Below are positions 24,981 through 35,330 of a stretch of DNA of 64,000 nucleotides, one piece after another. Position numbers and translations under genes: made by a program. The notes beneath the pieces are model-generated. The model was not told the origin of the DNA, ran no database searches, and saw nothing but the letters and a program-made list of their open reading frames with translations. The stretch is from an uncultured Solirubrobacteraceae bacterium (GTDB lineage: Bacteria > Actinomycetota > Thermoleophilia > Solirubrobacterales > Solirubrobacteraceae): assembly GCA_963767655.1 (NCBI GenBank), contig CAVYET010000019.1, forward strand, positions 346-64,345. The letters are read 5' to 3'. Position 1 is the first letter of the stretch. Each line of letters begins with the position of its first letter.

Positions 24981-25379
24981 ATGCCGATCTATGAGTACAG
25001 GCGCCCCGACGGCAGCACCTTTGAGGTTCTGCAGTCATTCAGCGACGAGGCGCTCACGGCCGACCCCGACACGGGGGTGCCGGTGGAGCGCGTGCTGCAC
25101 GCCCCCGCGGTTCACTTCAAGGGGAAGGGTTTTTACAACACCGACTACGGCACGCGCAATCGCCAGCGCGAGACGGCGGCCGCCGCGGAGGGCTCCTCTT
25201 CCTCGAAGGACGGCTCCTCGAAGGACGGCTCCTCGAAGGACGGCTCCTCGAAGGACGGCTCCGCACAGAGCGGCTCCGCCGGCGGGGAGGGCGCGGGCGC
25301 CACAGCGCCGGGCAAGTCCGACGGCGGGAAGGGCTCGGCAAAGGCAGGGGACTCCAAGCCGATGGCCGCCCAGGGCTGA
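24981..25379 (+). CDS. FmdB-family zinc-ribbon-like protein lacking cysteines
   Basis: MPIYEYRRPDGSTFEVLQSFSD..VHFKGKGFYNTDY with low-complexity tail. Confidence 0.8.
   Translation: MPIYEYRRPDGSTFEVLQSFSDEALTADPDTGVPVERVLHAPAVHFKGKGFYNTDYGTRNRQRETAAAAEGSSSSKDGSSKDGSSKDGSSKDGSAQSGSAGGEGAGATAPGKSDGGKGSAKAGDSKPMAAQG
25200..25259. repeat. In-frame 15-bp perfect tandem repeat x4 (SSKDG)
   Basis: TCCTCGAAGGACGGC x4. Confidence 0.95.
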
Positions 25380-25427
25380 AGGCGGGACCGCGGCGCCTTG
25401 AGGCGGCGCGCGCGGTCGGGCGCGCGC

Positions 25428-26504
25428 TCAGCCACCCATGAACCGCGCGACGGCCGCGCGACGCTCGGCTTCTGAGACCGTCAGGCCCTGTTCTCCGTCC
25501 GGCAGCGTGATGCCGCCGGAGGGCTTGAGCACGCGGATCGGCGGCGTGCCGGACACGGCCAGCGCGCTGAACAGCCCCAGCAGTGCCGGGCCGCTCATGT
25601 CGGAGATGATCGCCGGCGGGGCGTTCCAGGCGATCAGGGGGAGTCGAAGGAAGCTCGAGGGCGATAGCAGGCGGCTCTTCATGTCGGTGAACAGCGCCTG
25701 CTGGTGTTCCTCGCGCTGCAGGTCGGTCTCGTTGGGGGCGCACAGGTTCTCGCGCGTGCGGGCCAGCGCGAGCGCCTGCTTGCCGTTGAGCTGGTGCGTG
25801 CCGGCGCTCAGTCGCAGCGTGTAGCCGCCCTGGCTGAAGCCGCCGTCCAGCCGCGAGACGACGCAGCCGCCCCTGTAGGTGACGCCGCCCATCGCGTCGA
25901 TCAGCTGCGGGAAGTTTTCGAAGTCGACTTCGACCAGGTGGTTGATGGGGATGCCGAGCCAGTGCTCGATCACAGAGATCGACAGCGCCGGTCCGCCGAA
26001 GGCATGAGCGGCGTTGATCTTCCGCAGGCCGTGGCCGGGAATCTCGACGACCGTGTCGCGCGGGATCGACAGGCGCGAGGTGTGCCCGCCGCCGGTGCGG
26101 ATCAGCATGATCGTGTCCGAGCGCCCGGGACCCGTGGTTTCGGCTCCCGGTTCCTTGCTGCCCTTCGGACGGCGGTCGGAGCCGAGCACGAGGATGTTGT
26201 TGGCCGAGGTCAGGGGGAAGCCCGCCGGATCGAGCACGCTCGCGACGTCCGACGGCGGCGATGTGCGCTCGAAGTGCGAGCTGACGAGAAACAGCAGCAC
26301 CGACAGCGCCAGCCAGCAGATCACGAGCGCCAGCAGTGCGAGCACGACGCGCCCGGGTGTTATTCGCCCGCGCCAGGCTCCTCTGCGCCCGCCCGCGTGT
26401 ACCGCCGGGGCGAGCGCCGCCTCCTCCCTGCCCGGGCCGGGCAACAGCCGGCGCCGGGCCCGGTAGCGCGTGTACTGCGGCGGCGGTTCGCGGTCGGCGG
26501 GCAT
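25428..26504 (-). CDS. LCP (LytR-CpsA-Psr) family protein
   Basis: TM helix, NILVLGSDRR, GRSDTIML, LSIPRDT, KINAAH, ALALARTR. Confidence 0.93.
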   Translation of the reverse strand: MPADREPPPQYTRYRARRRLLPGPGREEAALAPAVHAGGRRGAWRGRITPGRVVLALLALVICWLALSVLLFLVSSHFERTSPPSDVASVLDPAGFPLTSANNILVLGSDRRPKGSKEPGAETTGPGRSDTIMLIRTGGGHTSRLSIPRDTVVEIPGHGLRKINAAHAFGGPALSISVIEHWLGIPINHLVEVDFENFPQLIDAMGGVTYRGGCVVSRLDGGFSQGGYTLRLSAGTHQLNGKQALALARTRENLCAPNETDLQREEHQQALFTDMKSRLLSPSSFLRLPLIAWNAPPAIISDMSGPALLGLFSALAVSGTPPIRVLKPSGGITLPDGEQGLTVSEAERRAAVARFMGG

Positions 26505-26527
26505 CGACGGGACCCTATATTTGCGAC

Positions 26528-27361
26528 ATGACTACCGCGCAGGTCCCCGCCGGGCGGCTGGTCGTCTGTCCGACCCCGATCGGGAACCTCGAGGACGTGA
26601 CGCTGCGCGTACTGGCGGCGCTCGGCGAGGCGGACGTGGTGGCCTGCGAGGACACCCGGCACACGCGCGTGCTGCTCGATCGCTACGGGCTCACGGCCAA
26701 GCTCGTGAGCCTGCACGAGCACAACGAACGGGAGCGTGCCGGCGAGCTGATCGAGCGGATTCGCCACGGCGCTGTCGTCGCGCTGGTCTCCGACGCGGGC
26801 ACGCCCCTGCTCTCGGACCCGGGCTTCACGCTCGTGCGGGGCTGTGTGGAGGCGCGGCTGGCCGTCGAGGCGCTGCCGGGGGCGAGCGCTGTGACGACGG
26901 CCCTCGTTGCGTCCGGGCTGCCGCTCGAGCGCTGGTGCTTCGTCGGCTTCCTGCCGCGCCGGCGGGCCGAGCTCGAACAGCTCTTGGCGCAGGCGTCGCA
27001 GACGCTGGTCGCGTTCGAGTCCCCGCGCCGCCTGCCCGCGACCCTGGCCCTGATCGCCGCGCGCGATCCGCAGCGCCGAGTGGCCGTGTGCAGGGAGCTG
27101 ACCAAGCTGCACGAGGAAGTTGCGCGCGCGAGCGCGCGCGAGCTGGCCGAGCACTACGGCCGGGGCCCGGTGAGGGGCGAGGTCGTGCTCGTGATCGGCG
27201 CCGTCGCCCGGGCCGAGTCGCGGCTGAACGAGGCGCTGGGCGCGCTGCGCGAGCTCCTCGACGCGGGCGCGCGGCCCCGTCCCGCCGCGGCGGCGGTCGC
27301 GAAGCTGACCGGTGTCCGCGCGAACGAGCTCTATCGGGAGCTGACGAGCGGCGGACAGTAG
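26528..27361 (+). CDS. rsmI: 16S rRNA (cytidine-2'-O)-methyltransferase
   Basis: PTPIGNLEDVTLR, ACEDTRHT, VSDAGTPLLSDPG, FESPRR, RELTKLHEE. Confidence 0.96.
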   Translation: MTTAQVPAGRLVVCPTPIGNLEDVTLRVLAALGEADVVACEDTRHTRVLLDRYGLTAKLVSLHEHNERERAGELIERIRHGAVVALVSDAGTPLLSDPGFTLVRGCVEARLAVEALPGASAVTTALVASGLPLERWCFVGFLPRRRAELEQLLAQASQTLVAFESPRRLPATLALIAARDPQRRVAVCRELTKLHEEVARASARELAEHYGRGPVRGEVVLVIGAVARAESRLNEALGALRELLDAGARPRPAAAAVAKLTGVRANELYRELTSGGQ

Positions 27362-27378
27362 CCTGGCGAGCACCGAGC

Positions 27379-28905
27379 ATGTCCTTCTACGTGACAACCC
27401 CCATCTACTACGTCAACGCCGCCCCGCACCTGGGGCACGCCTACACGACGATCGCCGTCGACGCGATGGCCCGTCACCATCGCCAGCGTGGCGAGGACGT
27501 GTTCTTCCTCACCGGCACCGACGAGCACGGCGAGCCCGTTGCCGACGCCGCGCACGCCCTGGGGGTCGAGCCGCAGGAGCTGGCCGATCGCAACGCCGAG
27601 CGCTTCAAGGCGCTCGCACCGCTGATCGAGGCCACGAACGACTTCTTCATACGCACGACCGACGCCCAGCACATGGCCAAGGTGCAGGAGGTGCTGACGC
27701 GGGTGAAGGACAACGGGTTCGTCTACAAGGGGACCTATGAGGGCTGGTACTGCCCGCGGTGCGCCGACTTCAAGGCCGACAACGAGGTCGACGAGGGCAA
27801 TCGCTGCCCGATCCACCACATCGAGCTGACGCGCGAGCAGGAGGACAACTACTTCTTCAGGCTGTCGGCCTTCCAGCAGGACCTCGAGCGGCTGTACGCC
27901 GAGCGCGAGGACTTCGTCGCGCCGCGCACGCGCTACAACGAGGCGCTGTCGTTCATCCGCTCGGGCCTGCGTGACGTGCCGCTCACGCGCCATCAGCTGC
28001 GCTGGGGGGTGCCGGTGCCGTGGGACTCCGAGCACGTGTTCTACGTGTGGTTCGACGCCCTGCTGAACTACTACACCGCGCTCTCCTACGCGCCCGCGGC
28101 GGGCGCCGGCGGCGTGGAGCGCTTCTGGCCGGCGAGCTATCACGTGATCGCGAAGGACATCCTGCGCTTCCACGCGGTCTACTGGCCGGCGCTGCTGATG
28201 GCCGCCGGCATCGAGCTGCCCGAGCACGTCTTCGTCCACGGCTACCTGCTGATGGAGGGGGAGAAGATGAGCAAGTCGCTGGGCAACGTGCTCGACCCGT
28301 TCGCGGTCATCGAGCGCTTCGGCGCCGACGCGCTGCGCTTCTACCTGCTGCGCGAGGTCCCCTTCGGTCAGGACGGCTCGGTGTCCAACGCTTCCTTCGA
28401 ACAGCGCTATGAGAGCGAGCTGGCCAACGAGTTCGGCAATCTCGCCAGCCGCACGATCGCGATGCTCGGGCGCTACCGCGCCGAGGGGGTGCCGGCGGGG
28501 GAGATCGACCCACAGCTGGCGGGCGATTTCGCCGGACTGACCGCAAGCGTGCGTGCGCGGGTCGACCGTGCCGAGCTGACGCTCGCGCTGGAGGAGATAT
28601 GGCAGCGGGTCCGGCGCCTGAACCGCTACGTAGAGGAAGAGGCGCCGTGGCAGCTGGCCAAGGAGGACGCGCGCGCGCAGGACCTCGACCGCGTGCTGCG
28701 CACGCTCGCCGAGGGGCTGCGGGTCGTGACCGTGCTGTTGTGGCCGTACCTGCCGGCGAGCAGCGAGCGGCTGCTCGCCGCGCTGGGCACCCCGGATGTC
28801 TCGCTCGACGGCGCCGAGCTCGGGGCGGGGCGGGTCGAGCGGGCCAGCTCGATCGAGGCACTCTTCCCCAAGGCCGAGCGCGCGTCGCAGGACGGCGGGC
28901 CGTGA
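27379..28905 (+). CDS. metG: Methionine--tRNA ligase (short form)
   Basis: TTPIYYVN..HLGH, GTDEHG, YVWFDAL, KMSKSLGN. Confidence 0.97.
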   Translation: MSFYVTTPIYYVNAAPHLGHAYTTIAVDAMARHHRQRGEDVFFLTGTDEHGEPVADAAHALGVEPQELADRNAERFKALAPLIEATNDFFIRTTDAQHMAKVQEVLTRVKDNGFVYKGTYEGWYCPRCADFKADNEVDEGNRCPIHHIELTREQEDNYFFRLSAFQQDLERLYAEREDFVAPRTRYNEALSFIRSGLRDVPLTRHQLRWGVPVPWDSEHVFYVWFDALLNYYTALSYAPAAGAGGVERFWPASYHVIAKDILRFHAVYWPALLMAAGIELPEHVFVHGYLLMEGEKMSKSLGNVLDPFAVIERFGADALRFYLLREVPFGQDGSVSNASFEQRYESELANEFGNLASRTIAMLGRYRAEGVPAGEIDPQLAGDFAGLTASVRARVDRAELTLALEEIWQRVRRLNRYVEEEAPWQLAKEDARAQDLDRVLRTLAEGLRVVTVLLWPYLPASSERLLAALGTPDVSLDGAELGAGRVERASSIEALFPKAERASQDGGP

Positions 28906-29654
28906 TCGACTCGCATACCCATCTGGACCTCTGCGAGCCGCCCGACGCGGAGCTCATCGCGGCGGCGGACAAAGCCGGCGTGAGGCGCATCCTGACCGTC
29001 GGCATCGACGGCTCCTCCTGCCGCTCGGCGCTGGCCGCGGCCGCGGCCTTTCCCCAGGTGTATGCGGCCGTGGGGCGCCATCCGAACGCGGCGAAGGGCT
29101 TCGACGACGCCGATCTGGCCGAGCTGCGGGCGCTGGCGGCCCAGGAGCGCTGCGCGGCGATCGGGGAGACCGGCTTGGACTTCTACCGCGAGGGCGCGCC
29201 GCGCTCAGACCAGCAGCGCGCGTTTGCGGCGCAGATCGCGCTCGCGCGCGAGACCGGCAAGCCGCTCGTGATCCACTCGCGGGCCGCCGAGGGCCAGACG
29301 CTCGCCCAGCTCTCCACCGAAGCGCAGGGCGTGAGCGTCGTGATGCACTGCTTCTCGATGGCCGGGCGCCTGGAGGAGTGCCTCGAGCGCGGCTACGCGA
29401 TCTCCTTCGCGGGCAATGTCACCTACAAGAGCGCCGCCGATCTGGCGCGCGCCGCCGCGCGGGTCCCCCAAGAGCGCCTGCTGGTCGAGACCGACGCTCC
29501 TTACCTTCCTCCGCAGGCGGTGCGCAGCCGGCGCAATCAGCCGGCCTTCGTCGCCTACACGCTGGCGTTCCTCGCCGAGCTGCGTGGCGTATCCATGCAG
29601 GAGCTGGGCACGACCGTCGAGCGCAACGCGGCGCGCGTATTCGGCTGGGGATGA
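28902..29654 (+). CDS. tatD: TatD family hydrolase
   Basis: IDSHTHL, AIGETGLD, IHSR, MHCFS, LVETDAPY. Confidence 0.95.
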   Translation: MIDSHTHLDLCEPPDAELIAAADKAGVRRILTVGIDGSSCRSALAAAAAFPQVYAAVGRHPNAAKGFDDADLAELRALAAQERCAAIGETGLDFYREGAPRSDQQRAFAAQIALARETGKPLVIHSRAAEGQTLAQLSTEAQGVSVVMHCFSMAGRLEECLERGYAISFAGNVTYKSAADLARAAARVPQERLLVETDAPYLPPQAVRSRRNQPAFVAYTLAFLAELRGVSMQELGTTVERNAARVFGWG

Positions 29655-30487
29655 GCGCCGTGGCCGACACTCCCGTCCAGCCGAGCCTGAGACGGATACG
29701 CCGCTTCGCCGTTCATCCCGATCGCGAGCTGGGGCAGAACTTCCTGATCGACTCCAACATCCTCGGCGTGATCGGCCGCGGCGCCGAGCTGCAGCGCGAG
29801 GACGTGGTGCTGGAGATCGGCGGGGGCCTGGGGGTGCTCTCGGAGTACCTGGCCGAGCGGGTAGGGCACGTGCACGTGGTCGAGATCGACGAGCGCCTAC
29901 GCGAGGCGCTGTGCGACGCGACCGGCGCGCACGCCAACGTGACGGTGCACTGGGGGGATGCGATGAGGATCGATCTGCGCAGCCTCGACCCGGAGCCGAG
30001 CAAGCTCGTGGCGAACATGCCCTACGGGATCGCCGCCGGTGCGCTGCTGCGCACGATCGAGGAGCTCCAGAGCATCGGCTGCTGGGTGGCGATGGTCCAG
30101 CGCGAGGTCGGCGAGCGCCTGGCAGCGGCGCCGGGCAGCGGCGCCTATGGCGTGCCGTCGGTGCTCGCGCAGCTCGCCTGTGACGTGGAGGTGCTGCGCC
30201 TGATCCCCCGGACGGTCTTCTACCCGGTGCCGAATGTCGACTCGGTGCTCGTGCGCCTGCGCCGGCGCTCGGCCGGGCGCACACCGGCGCTGCGCGAGCT
30301 CGTCGTCGGTGCCTTCGCCCACCGGCGCAAGACCCTGGCCGGGTCGCTGGCGCTGTCCGGACGCTGCGGCGCTTCGCGCGCGCAGGTGGCGCAGGCGCTC
30401 GAGGCGCTCGGCCAGCCCGCCGACGCGCGCGCCGAGCGCCTCTCCCCGGAGGACTTCCGGTCGCTCGGGCGCCTACTCGGTCTATGA
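29651..30487 (+). CDS. rsmA: 16S rRNA adenine dimethyltransferase
   Basis: LGQNFLID, VLEIGGGLG, VANMPY, MVQREV, PVPNVDS. Confidence 0.95.
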   Translation: MSAVADTPVQPSLRRIRRFAVHPDRELGQNFLIDSNILGVIGRGAELQREDVVLEIGGGLGVLSEYLAERVGHVHVVEIDERLREALCDATGAHANVTVHWGDAMRIDLRSLDPEPSKLVANMPYGIAAGALLRTIEELQSIGCWVAMVQREVGERLAAAPGSGAYGVPSVLAQLACDVEVLRLIPRTVFYPVPNVDSVLVRLRRRSAGRTPALRELVVGAFAHRRKTLAGSLALSGRCGASRAQVAQALEALGQPADARAERLSPEDFRSLGRLLGL

Positions 30488-31437
30488 GGCCCTACCGCGC
30501 GCTCGCTCCCGCGAAGGTCAACCTCGGGCTGTTCCTGGGGCCCAAGCGGGCCGCCGACGGCCGCCACGAGTTGGTCACGGTGATGCAGTCGATCTCGCTC
30601 GCGGACGAGCTCACGCTCGAGCCCCTCGCGGCGGCGGCGACCGCGGACGAGCTCGTTTGCCCGGGGGTTGCAGGAGCGCCCGCGGAGAACCTCGCGGCCG
30701 GCGCCCTGCGGGCCTTTCGCACCCGCACGGGGTGGGATGGACCGGCGGTGCGCCTGAGCATCCGCAAGCGGATACCGGTGGCAGCCGGCCTCGGCGGCGG
30801 CTCTGCCGACGCGGCCGCGACGCTGCGCCTGGCCCGTCGGGCGTCGGGGCTGGGCGATGAGGCGCTGCTGCTCGAGTTGGCGGCGCAGCTCGGCGCCGAT
30901 GTGCCCGCGCAGATCGCGCCCGGACGCTGGCTTGCCGGCGGCGCCGGCGAGAAGCTGCAGCGCCTGGCGGACCCGAGCCCTGCCTTCACCCTGCTGCTGG
31001 CGCCGCTGGACGCCGCGCTGTCCAGCGGCGCGGTATACGCCGAGGCCGACCGTCTCGGCCTCGCGCGGACGATGGATGCCCTCGAGGAGCGCCGCCGGGC
31101 GATCGGCGAGGCACTCGGCCTCGGTGCGCTACTGCCGGGCGCGGGCGAGCTGCTGTACAACGACCTCCAGGCGGCCGCCGTGTCGCTGTGTCCCGAGATC
31201 GCCGATGTACTCTCGCTTGTGCGCCAGACCGGGGCAGAGCAGACGTTCGTCAGCGGCTCGGGGCCGACGGTCGTCGGGCTGTTCACGCAGGGCGATGGCC
31301 TCGAGCGAGCCGAACGCGCGGTGGCCGACGTCCGCGGACGGCTGCCCGAGGCGATCTGCTCGCGCCCCGTGGACGAGGCGTTCGCACGGGCAAGCGACAT
31401 CCCGGTACGTCACAATCACCCTCACAAAGAGCAATGA
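30484..31437 (+). CDS. ispE: 4-diphosphocytidyl-2-C-methyl-D-erythritol kinase
   Basis: APAKVNL, KRIPVAAGLGGGSADAAA, LGADVP, NDLQ, VSGSGPTV. Confidence 0.95.
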   Translation: MRPYRALAPAKVNLGLFLGPKRAADGRHELVTVMQSISLADELTLEPLAAAATADELVCPGVAGAPAENLAAGALRAFRTRTGWDGPAVRLSIRKRIPVAAGLGGGSADAAATLRLARRASGLGDEALLLELAAQLGADVPAQIAPGRWLAGGAGEKLQRLADPSPAFTLLLAPLDAALSSGAVYAEADRLGLARTMDALEERRRAIGEALGLGALLPGAGELLYNDLQAAAVSLCPEIADVLSLVRQTGAEQTFVSGSGPTVVGLFTQGDGLERAERAVADVRGRLPEAICSRPVDEAFARASDIPVRHNHPHKEQ

Positions 31438-31646
31438 ACAGAACGGCCATCAATGACCTCGTCGCCGTCTGCGCCGCAACGTTCGGGCTGGCGCTCTATG
31501 CCGGCCTGATCCTGCTGCCCGCGTGGTCGGCCTACTCGCGCCTGTGGCAGCGGCTGGCGGCAACGGTGCTGTCGCTGTACGTTCTTGCGGTGCTGGTTGG
31601 CCTCGGCGTGGCCGCGGCGCTCGCCGCCGTCTACCTCTGGGGCTAG
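31434..31646 (+). CDS. Small two-TM membrane protein
   Basis: ATGA overlap with ispE; two hydrophobic helices. Confidence 0.7.
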   Translation: MNRTAINDLVAVCAATFGLALYAGLILLPAWSAYSRLWQRLAATVLSLYVLAVLVGLGVAAALAAVYLWG

Positions 31647-31651
31647 CCGGC

Positions 31652-32890
31652 GTGTCCGAGCTCGCGGCGCTGGACGCGATCACCGAGGCGCTCGAGTCCG
31701 GTGCGGGCCTGCCCGAGGTCGTGCGCGCAGCGGCCAGGGCGCTGGACGCGAGCCTCGCTGTTACCGACGCCTGGGGGGCAACGCTTGCGGTGGCGGCGGG
31801 CTCGCCCGCCGAGGAGCGCTCGCTGCTCTCGCAGGGAAAGGGCGTGAGCAGCATTCCGCTGCGCGTGGCGGACACGAGCGTCGGGACGCTGCACATGCGC
31901 ACAAAGGCCGAGCCGAGCGCTTCCATGCGAAGGCTGCTCGTGACGATGATCGCCTCGGAGGTGGAGCGGGTGCGAGCCCCCGAGCGAGTGTCCGAAACCG
32001 CCGCTGCCGACTTCCTGCGCGCCGTGGTTCGGCGCGAGCTGGGCGACCGCGAGCAGCTGCTGGCACGCGCCAGCGCCCTCTCGCTCGAGCTCGAGCAGGG
32101 CGCCAGCATGATCGTCGCGCGCGCCCACCCGCAGGCGCCGACCGACGAGGGCTGGCGCGGACGCGTGCGGGCCGTGGCCGAGCGCGGCGCGCGGGCGGTC
32201 GTCAACCGCTCGATCGCCGCGCAGTTCGCGCGTGAGGACTCCGGGCACGGGCCGCAGGGGGCAGTCGGCGCCGAGATCCTCCTGCTTGTTCCCGGCGGCG
32301 AGGAGGCGACCGCGGCACGCGCCGCCGAGGGGATCCTGCGCGAGATGGAGGCGGGACTGAAGGGGTACACGTTCGCAATCGGGCGCAGCCGCATAGCCGA
32401 GGACCCCCTCGAGCTGCCCCGTGCCGCCAGCGAGGCGCTGCTCGCAGCCAACGTGGCGCAGGGAGGGGAGGACGGAACGGCGCTGGCCTTCGAGCAGACG
32501 GGCGCCTACAGGCTGCTGCTGTCGGCGATGAGCGAGAACCCGTCGGAGCTGCAGCGCTTCTACGCCGAGACGGTCGAGCCGCTGGTCGCCTACGACGAGC
32601 AGTACGAGACCGATCTCGTGCGCACGCTGGAGGCGTTTCTGGAGGCTGACGGCAACGTGGCCGGCACCGCCCAGCGGCTGTTCACCCACCGCCACACGAT
32701 CTACTACCGCCTGGAGCGCGTGCGCGAGCTCTCGGGGCTCGACGTCAGCTCGAGCGACGGACGGGAGAAGCTGAGTCTCGGGCTGAAGGCGATGCGGGTG
32801 CTCGGGATCTCCTCGGCCGTCGGCCCCGCATCGGAGGCGGGGGCCGAAGGCGGGCGCGTGCCCCGTCGCGCGCCCAGCAGGCGCTCCTAG
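31652..32890 (+). CDS. PucR/CdaR family transcriptional regulator
   Basis: C-terminal LVRTLEAFL..NVAGTAQRLFTHRHTIYYRLERVRELSG helix-turn-helix. Confidence 0.9.
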   Translation: MSELAALDAITEALESGAGLPEVVRAAARALDASLAVTDAWGATLAVAAGSPAEERSLLSQGKGVSSIPLRVADTSVGTLHMRTKAEPSASMRRLLVTMIASEVERVRAPERVSETAAADFLRAVVRRELGDREQLLARASALSLELEQGASMIVARAHPQAPTDEGWRGRVRAVAERGARAVVNRSIAAQFAREDSGHGPQGAVGAEILLLVPGGEEATAARAAEGILREMEAGLKGYTFAIGRSRIAEDPLELPRAASEALLAANVAQGGEDGTALAFEQTGAYRLLLSAMSENPSELQRFYAETVEPLVAYDEQYETDLVRTLEAFLEADGNVAGTAQRLFTHRHTIYYRLERVRELSGLDVSSSDGREKLSLGLKAMRVLGISSAVGPASEAGAEGGRVPRRAPSRRS

Positions 32891-32900
32891 CGACCGGCGC

Positions 32901-33533
32901 TCAGAACCTGCGCGCGGCGAACTCGATCGCGTAGGTCGCGCCGGCGAGTTCCTGCCCGAGCAGCGGGGGCACGGCCGGGGTGACGCCCACGCCGGCTTCG
33001 CGATATTCGCCCGTGAGGATCACGCGGCGGTGTTCGGCAGAGGCCATCCAGGCGGCGACCATGCGCGCCGCCGTCGCGTAGGCGCCCGTGCCCCAACCGA
33101 TGTTCTGGCCGACCGACACGCGCCTGGCGCGGGCCGGATAGTGCGTGCCGGAAAGCAGCGTCAGCGGCGTCAGGCCCGGAGGACGGTCGTCGGCGAAGTA
33201 GTTCCAGCTCACCATGTCGTTGACCTGGCTGGTCGCCAGCCTCCTCAGTTCGCGGTTCGCGCGCAGCGGTCGGAGGCGGTGGGCGCCCCTCATCTCGTCG
33301 ATCAGGCACAGCGTGGCGGCGTCGACCTTCGCCGCGTTGGCGGCGCTGGGGCTGAGGTTGGTGTTCGCGCAGGGCCGCCACGCCGCCCGCGCCCACGAGC
33401 CGACCGTATTGACCGTGCCCAGGCACAGCGAAGCGGCCACGAGGAGGGCGCCGATGTCTCGTCGAACTCTGGGTACTCCCCGGGACAAGAAGCAGGCATG
33501 GTTGCAAACGCAGGAGATGTAACATGCACACAC
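32901..33533 (-). CDS. CAP/SCP domain protein (start uncertain)
   Basis: ATLCLIDEMR..PLRANREL, VGQNIGWG, VAAWMASAEHRRVIL..YREAGVG. Confidence 0.85.
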   Translation of the reverse strand: MCACYISCVCNHACFLSRGVPRVRRDIGALLVAASLCLGTVNTVGSWARAAWRPCANTNLSPSAANAAKVDAATLCLIDEMRGAHRLRPLRANRELRRLATSQVNDMVSWNYFADDRPPGLTPLTLLSGTHYPARARRVSVGQNIGWGTGAYATAARMVAAWMASAEHRRVILTGEYREAGVGVTPAVPPLLGQELAGATYAIEFAARRF

Positions 33534-33550
33534 GTAGGAACGGCCGCGGA

Positions 33551-33689
33551 ACGGCCTCTTGCGGGGCGAGACGGCCCCTTGCGGGGCGAGACGGCCCTTG
33601 CGGGGTGAGACGGCCCCTTGTGGAGCGAAACGGCCCCTTGCGGAGCGAAACGGCCCCTTGCGGGGTCAAACGGCCCCTTGCGGGGCCCG
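33551..33689. repeat. Seven tandem ~20-bp units with internal hairpin, directly upstream of tRNA-Gln
   Basis: Consensus ACGGCCCCTTGCGGGGCGAR; units start 33551, 33571, 33591, 33610, 33630, 33650, 33670. Confidence 0.95.
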
Positions 33690-33712
33690 CGATCTATCCT
33701 TCTGCGGACCCT

Positions 33713-33783
33713 TGGGGGGTCGTCCAATGGCAGGACATCAGGTTTTGGTCCTGAGAATCGGGGTTCGAATCCCTGCCCCCCAG
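33713..33783 (+). tRNA. tRNA-Gln(TTG)
   Basis: Cloverleaf TGGGGGG/CCCCCCA, anticodon arm TCAGG-TTTTGGT-CCTGA, GTTCGAATC; CCA not encoded. Confidence 0.96.
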
Positions 33784-33907
33784 CTCGCCCTCCAGCTAGT
33801 GCCCCAAGCTCGCGCAGGCCGCCGGCGCCACCGGCGCCGAGTGCGCCCCCGGGCCGATCGCAGCCCGGAGCGGGGCGAGACTGCTGTGAGCGAATAGCAT
33901 CCCTGTG

Positions 33908-35330
33908 GTGAACGCCCCGATCGTCCTCGTCCTCGCCGCGGGCCAGGGCACGCGCATGCGCTCGAAGGCTGCCGAAGGTCCTGCATCAGCTGTGCGGCAG
34001 GCCGATGGTGCTGTGGCCGGTGCGCGCAGCGCTGGAGGCCGGCGCCGGCCGGGTGGTGGTCGTGGACTCTCCGGCCAGGGAGCTCGAGCCGGCCCTGCCC
34101 GAGGGCGTCGAGCTGGCGGTGCAGCCGCAGCCGAACGGCACCGGCGGGGCGGTCATCGCGGCGATGTCCCACCTGCAGGCCGAGCCGGCGCCCGGGCCCG
34201 CCGCGGGGACCGTGGATGGCTCGCGCGGCGCACCGGCCGGCCCGCGGGCGCCGATCGTCGTGCTGAGCGGCGATGTGCCGCTGCTGAGCGGCGAGGCGAT
34301 CGCGGGGCTGATCCAGGCGCACGCGCAGAGCGGCGCCATCGCCACGATGATGACGACGATCCTCGAGGATCCAAGCGGCTACGGGCGGGTGGTGCGCGAC
34401 GCCAGCGGAGCGGTGCAGCGCGTGGTCGAGACCAAGGAGCAGGGGGACTCGACCGAGCAGGAGCGCCAGATCAAAGAGGTCAATACGGGCATCTACGTGT
34501 TCGATTCCCCCGCCCTCTCGGCGGCGCTGCCCAGGCTGCGCACCGAGAACGCTCAGGGCGAGCTGTATCTGCCGCAGGTGCTCGAGGAGCTGCGGGCCGA
34601 GGCCGGGACGGTCGGCGCTCATGCCGTGGATGACCCGAGGCTGGTGCTCGGCATCAACGATCGGGTGGCGCTGGCGCGCGTCTCGGCGCTCGCACAGCAG
34701 GCCATCCACGAGCGGCACATGCGCGCCGGCGTGGGCATCGTCGATCCGCGGACGACGGTCATCGACGTCGACGTCCAGATCGGAGCGGACACCGTCATCG
34801 AGCCTTTCAGCACGATCAGGGGGAGCAGCAGGATCGGCGAAGCCTGCACCGTGCGCCACTCCTATCTCGTGGACTGTGTGCTCGAGGATGGCGTGAGCGT
34901 GGGGCCCTTCGCGTATCTGCGCCCGGGAACCGTTCTTCGCAGCGGGGCCAAGGCCGGCACGTTCGTGGAGCTGAAGAACTCCGACATCGGCGCCGGGGCG
35001 AAGGTTCCCCACCTCTCCTACATCGGCGACGCCGACGTGGGCGAGCAGACGAACCTCGGGGCCGGCACCATCACCGCCAACTACGACGGCTTCCAGAAGC
35101 ACCGCACCACGATCGGCAGCCGCGTGCGCGGCGGCGTGGACACCGCGTTCGTGGCTCCCGTGACGGTGGGCGACGATGCGTGGACGGCGGCCGGATCGGT
35201 GGTCACCAAGGACGTGCCTGCGGGCGCGCTGGCGGTGGCGAGGTCCCGGCAGGAGAACATCGAGGAGTTCGCCGAGCGGTCGAAGGCCGGCCGGCAGGGA
35301 GCACGGCCTTTACACTCCGAGGAGAGATGA
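33908..35330 (+). CDS. glmU: Bifunctional GlcNAc-1-P uridyltransferase/acetyltransferase (one frameshift near 33970)
   Basis: LAAGQGTRMRS, GDVPL, GYGRVVRD, NAQGELYL, HLSYIGDA, NYDG. Confidence 0.96.

Noticed and set aside
33551-33689. CRISPR array
   Set aside because: Units are directly tandem with no unique 25-45 bp spacers, and no cas genes are in the window
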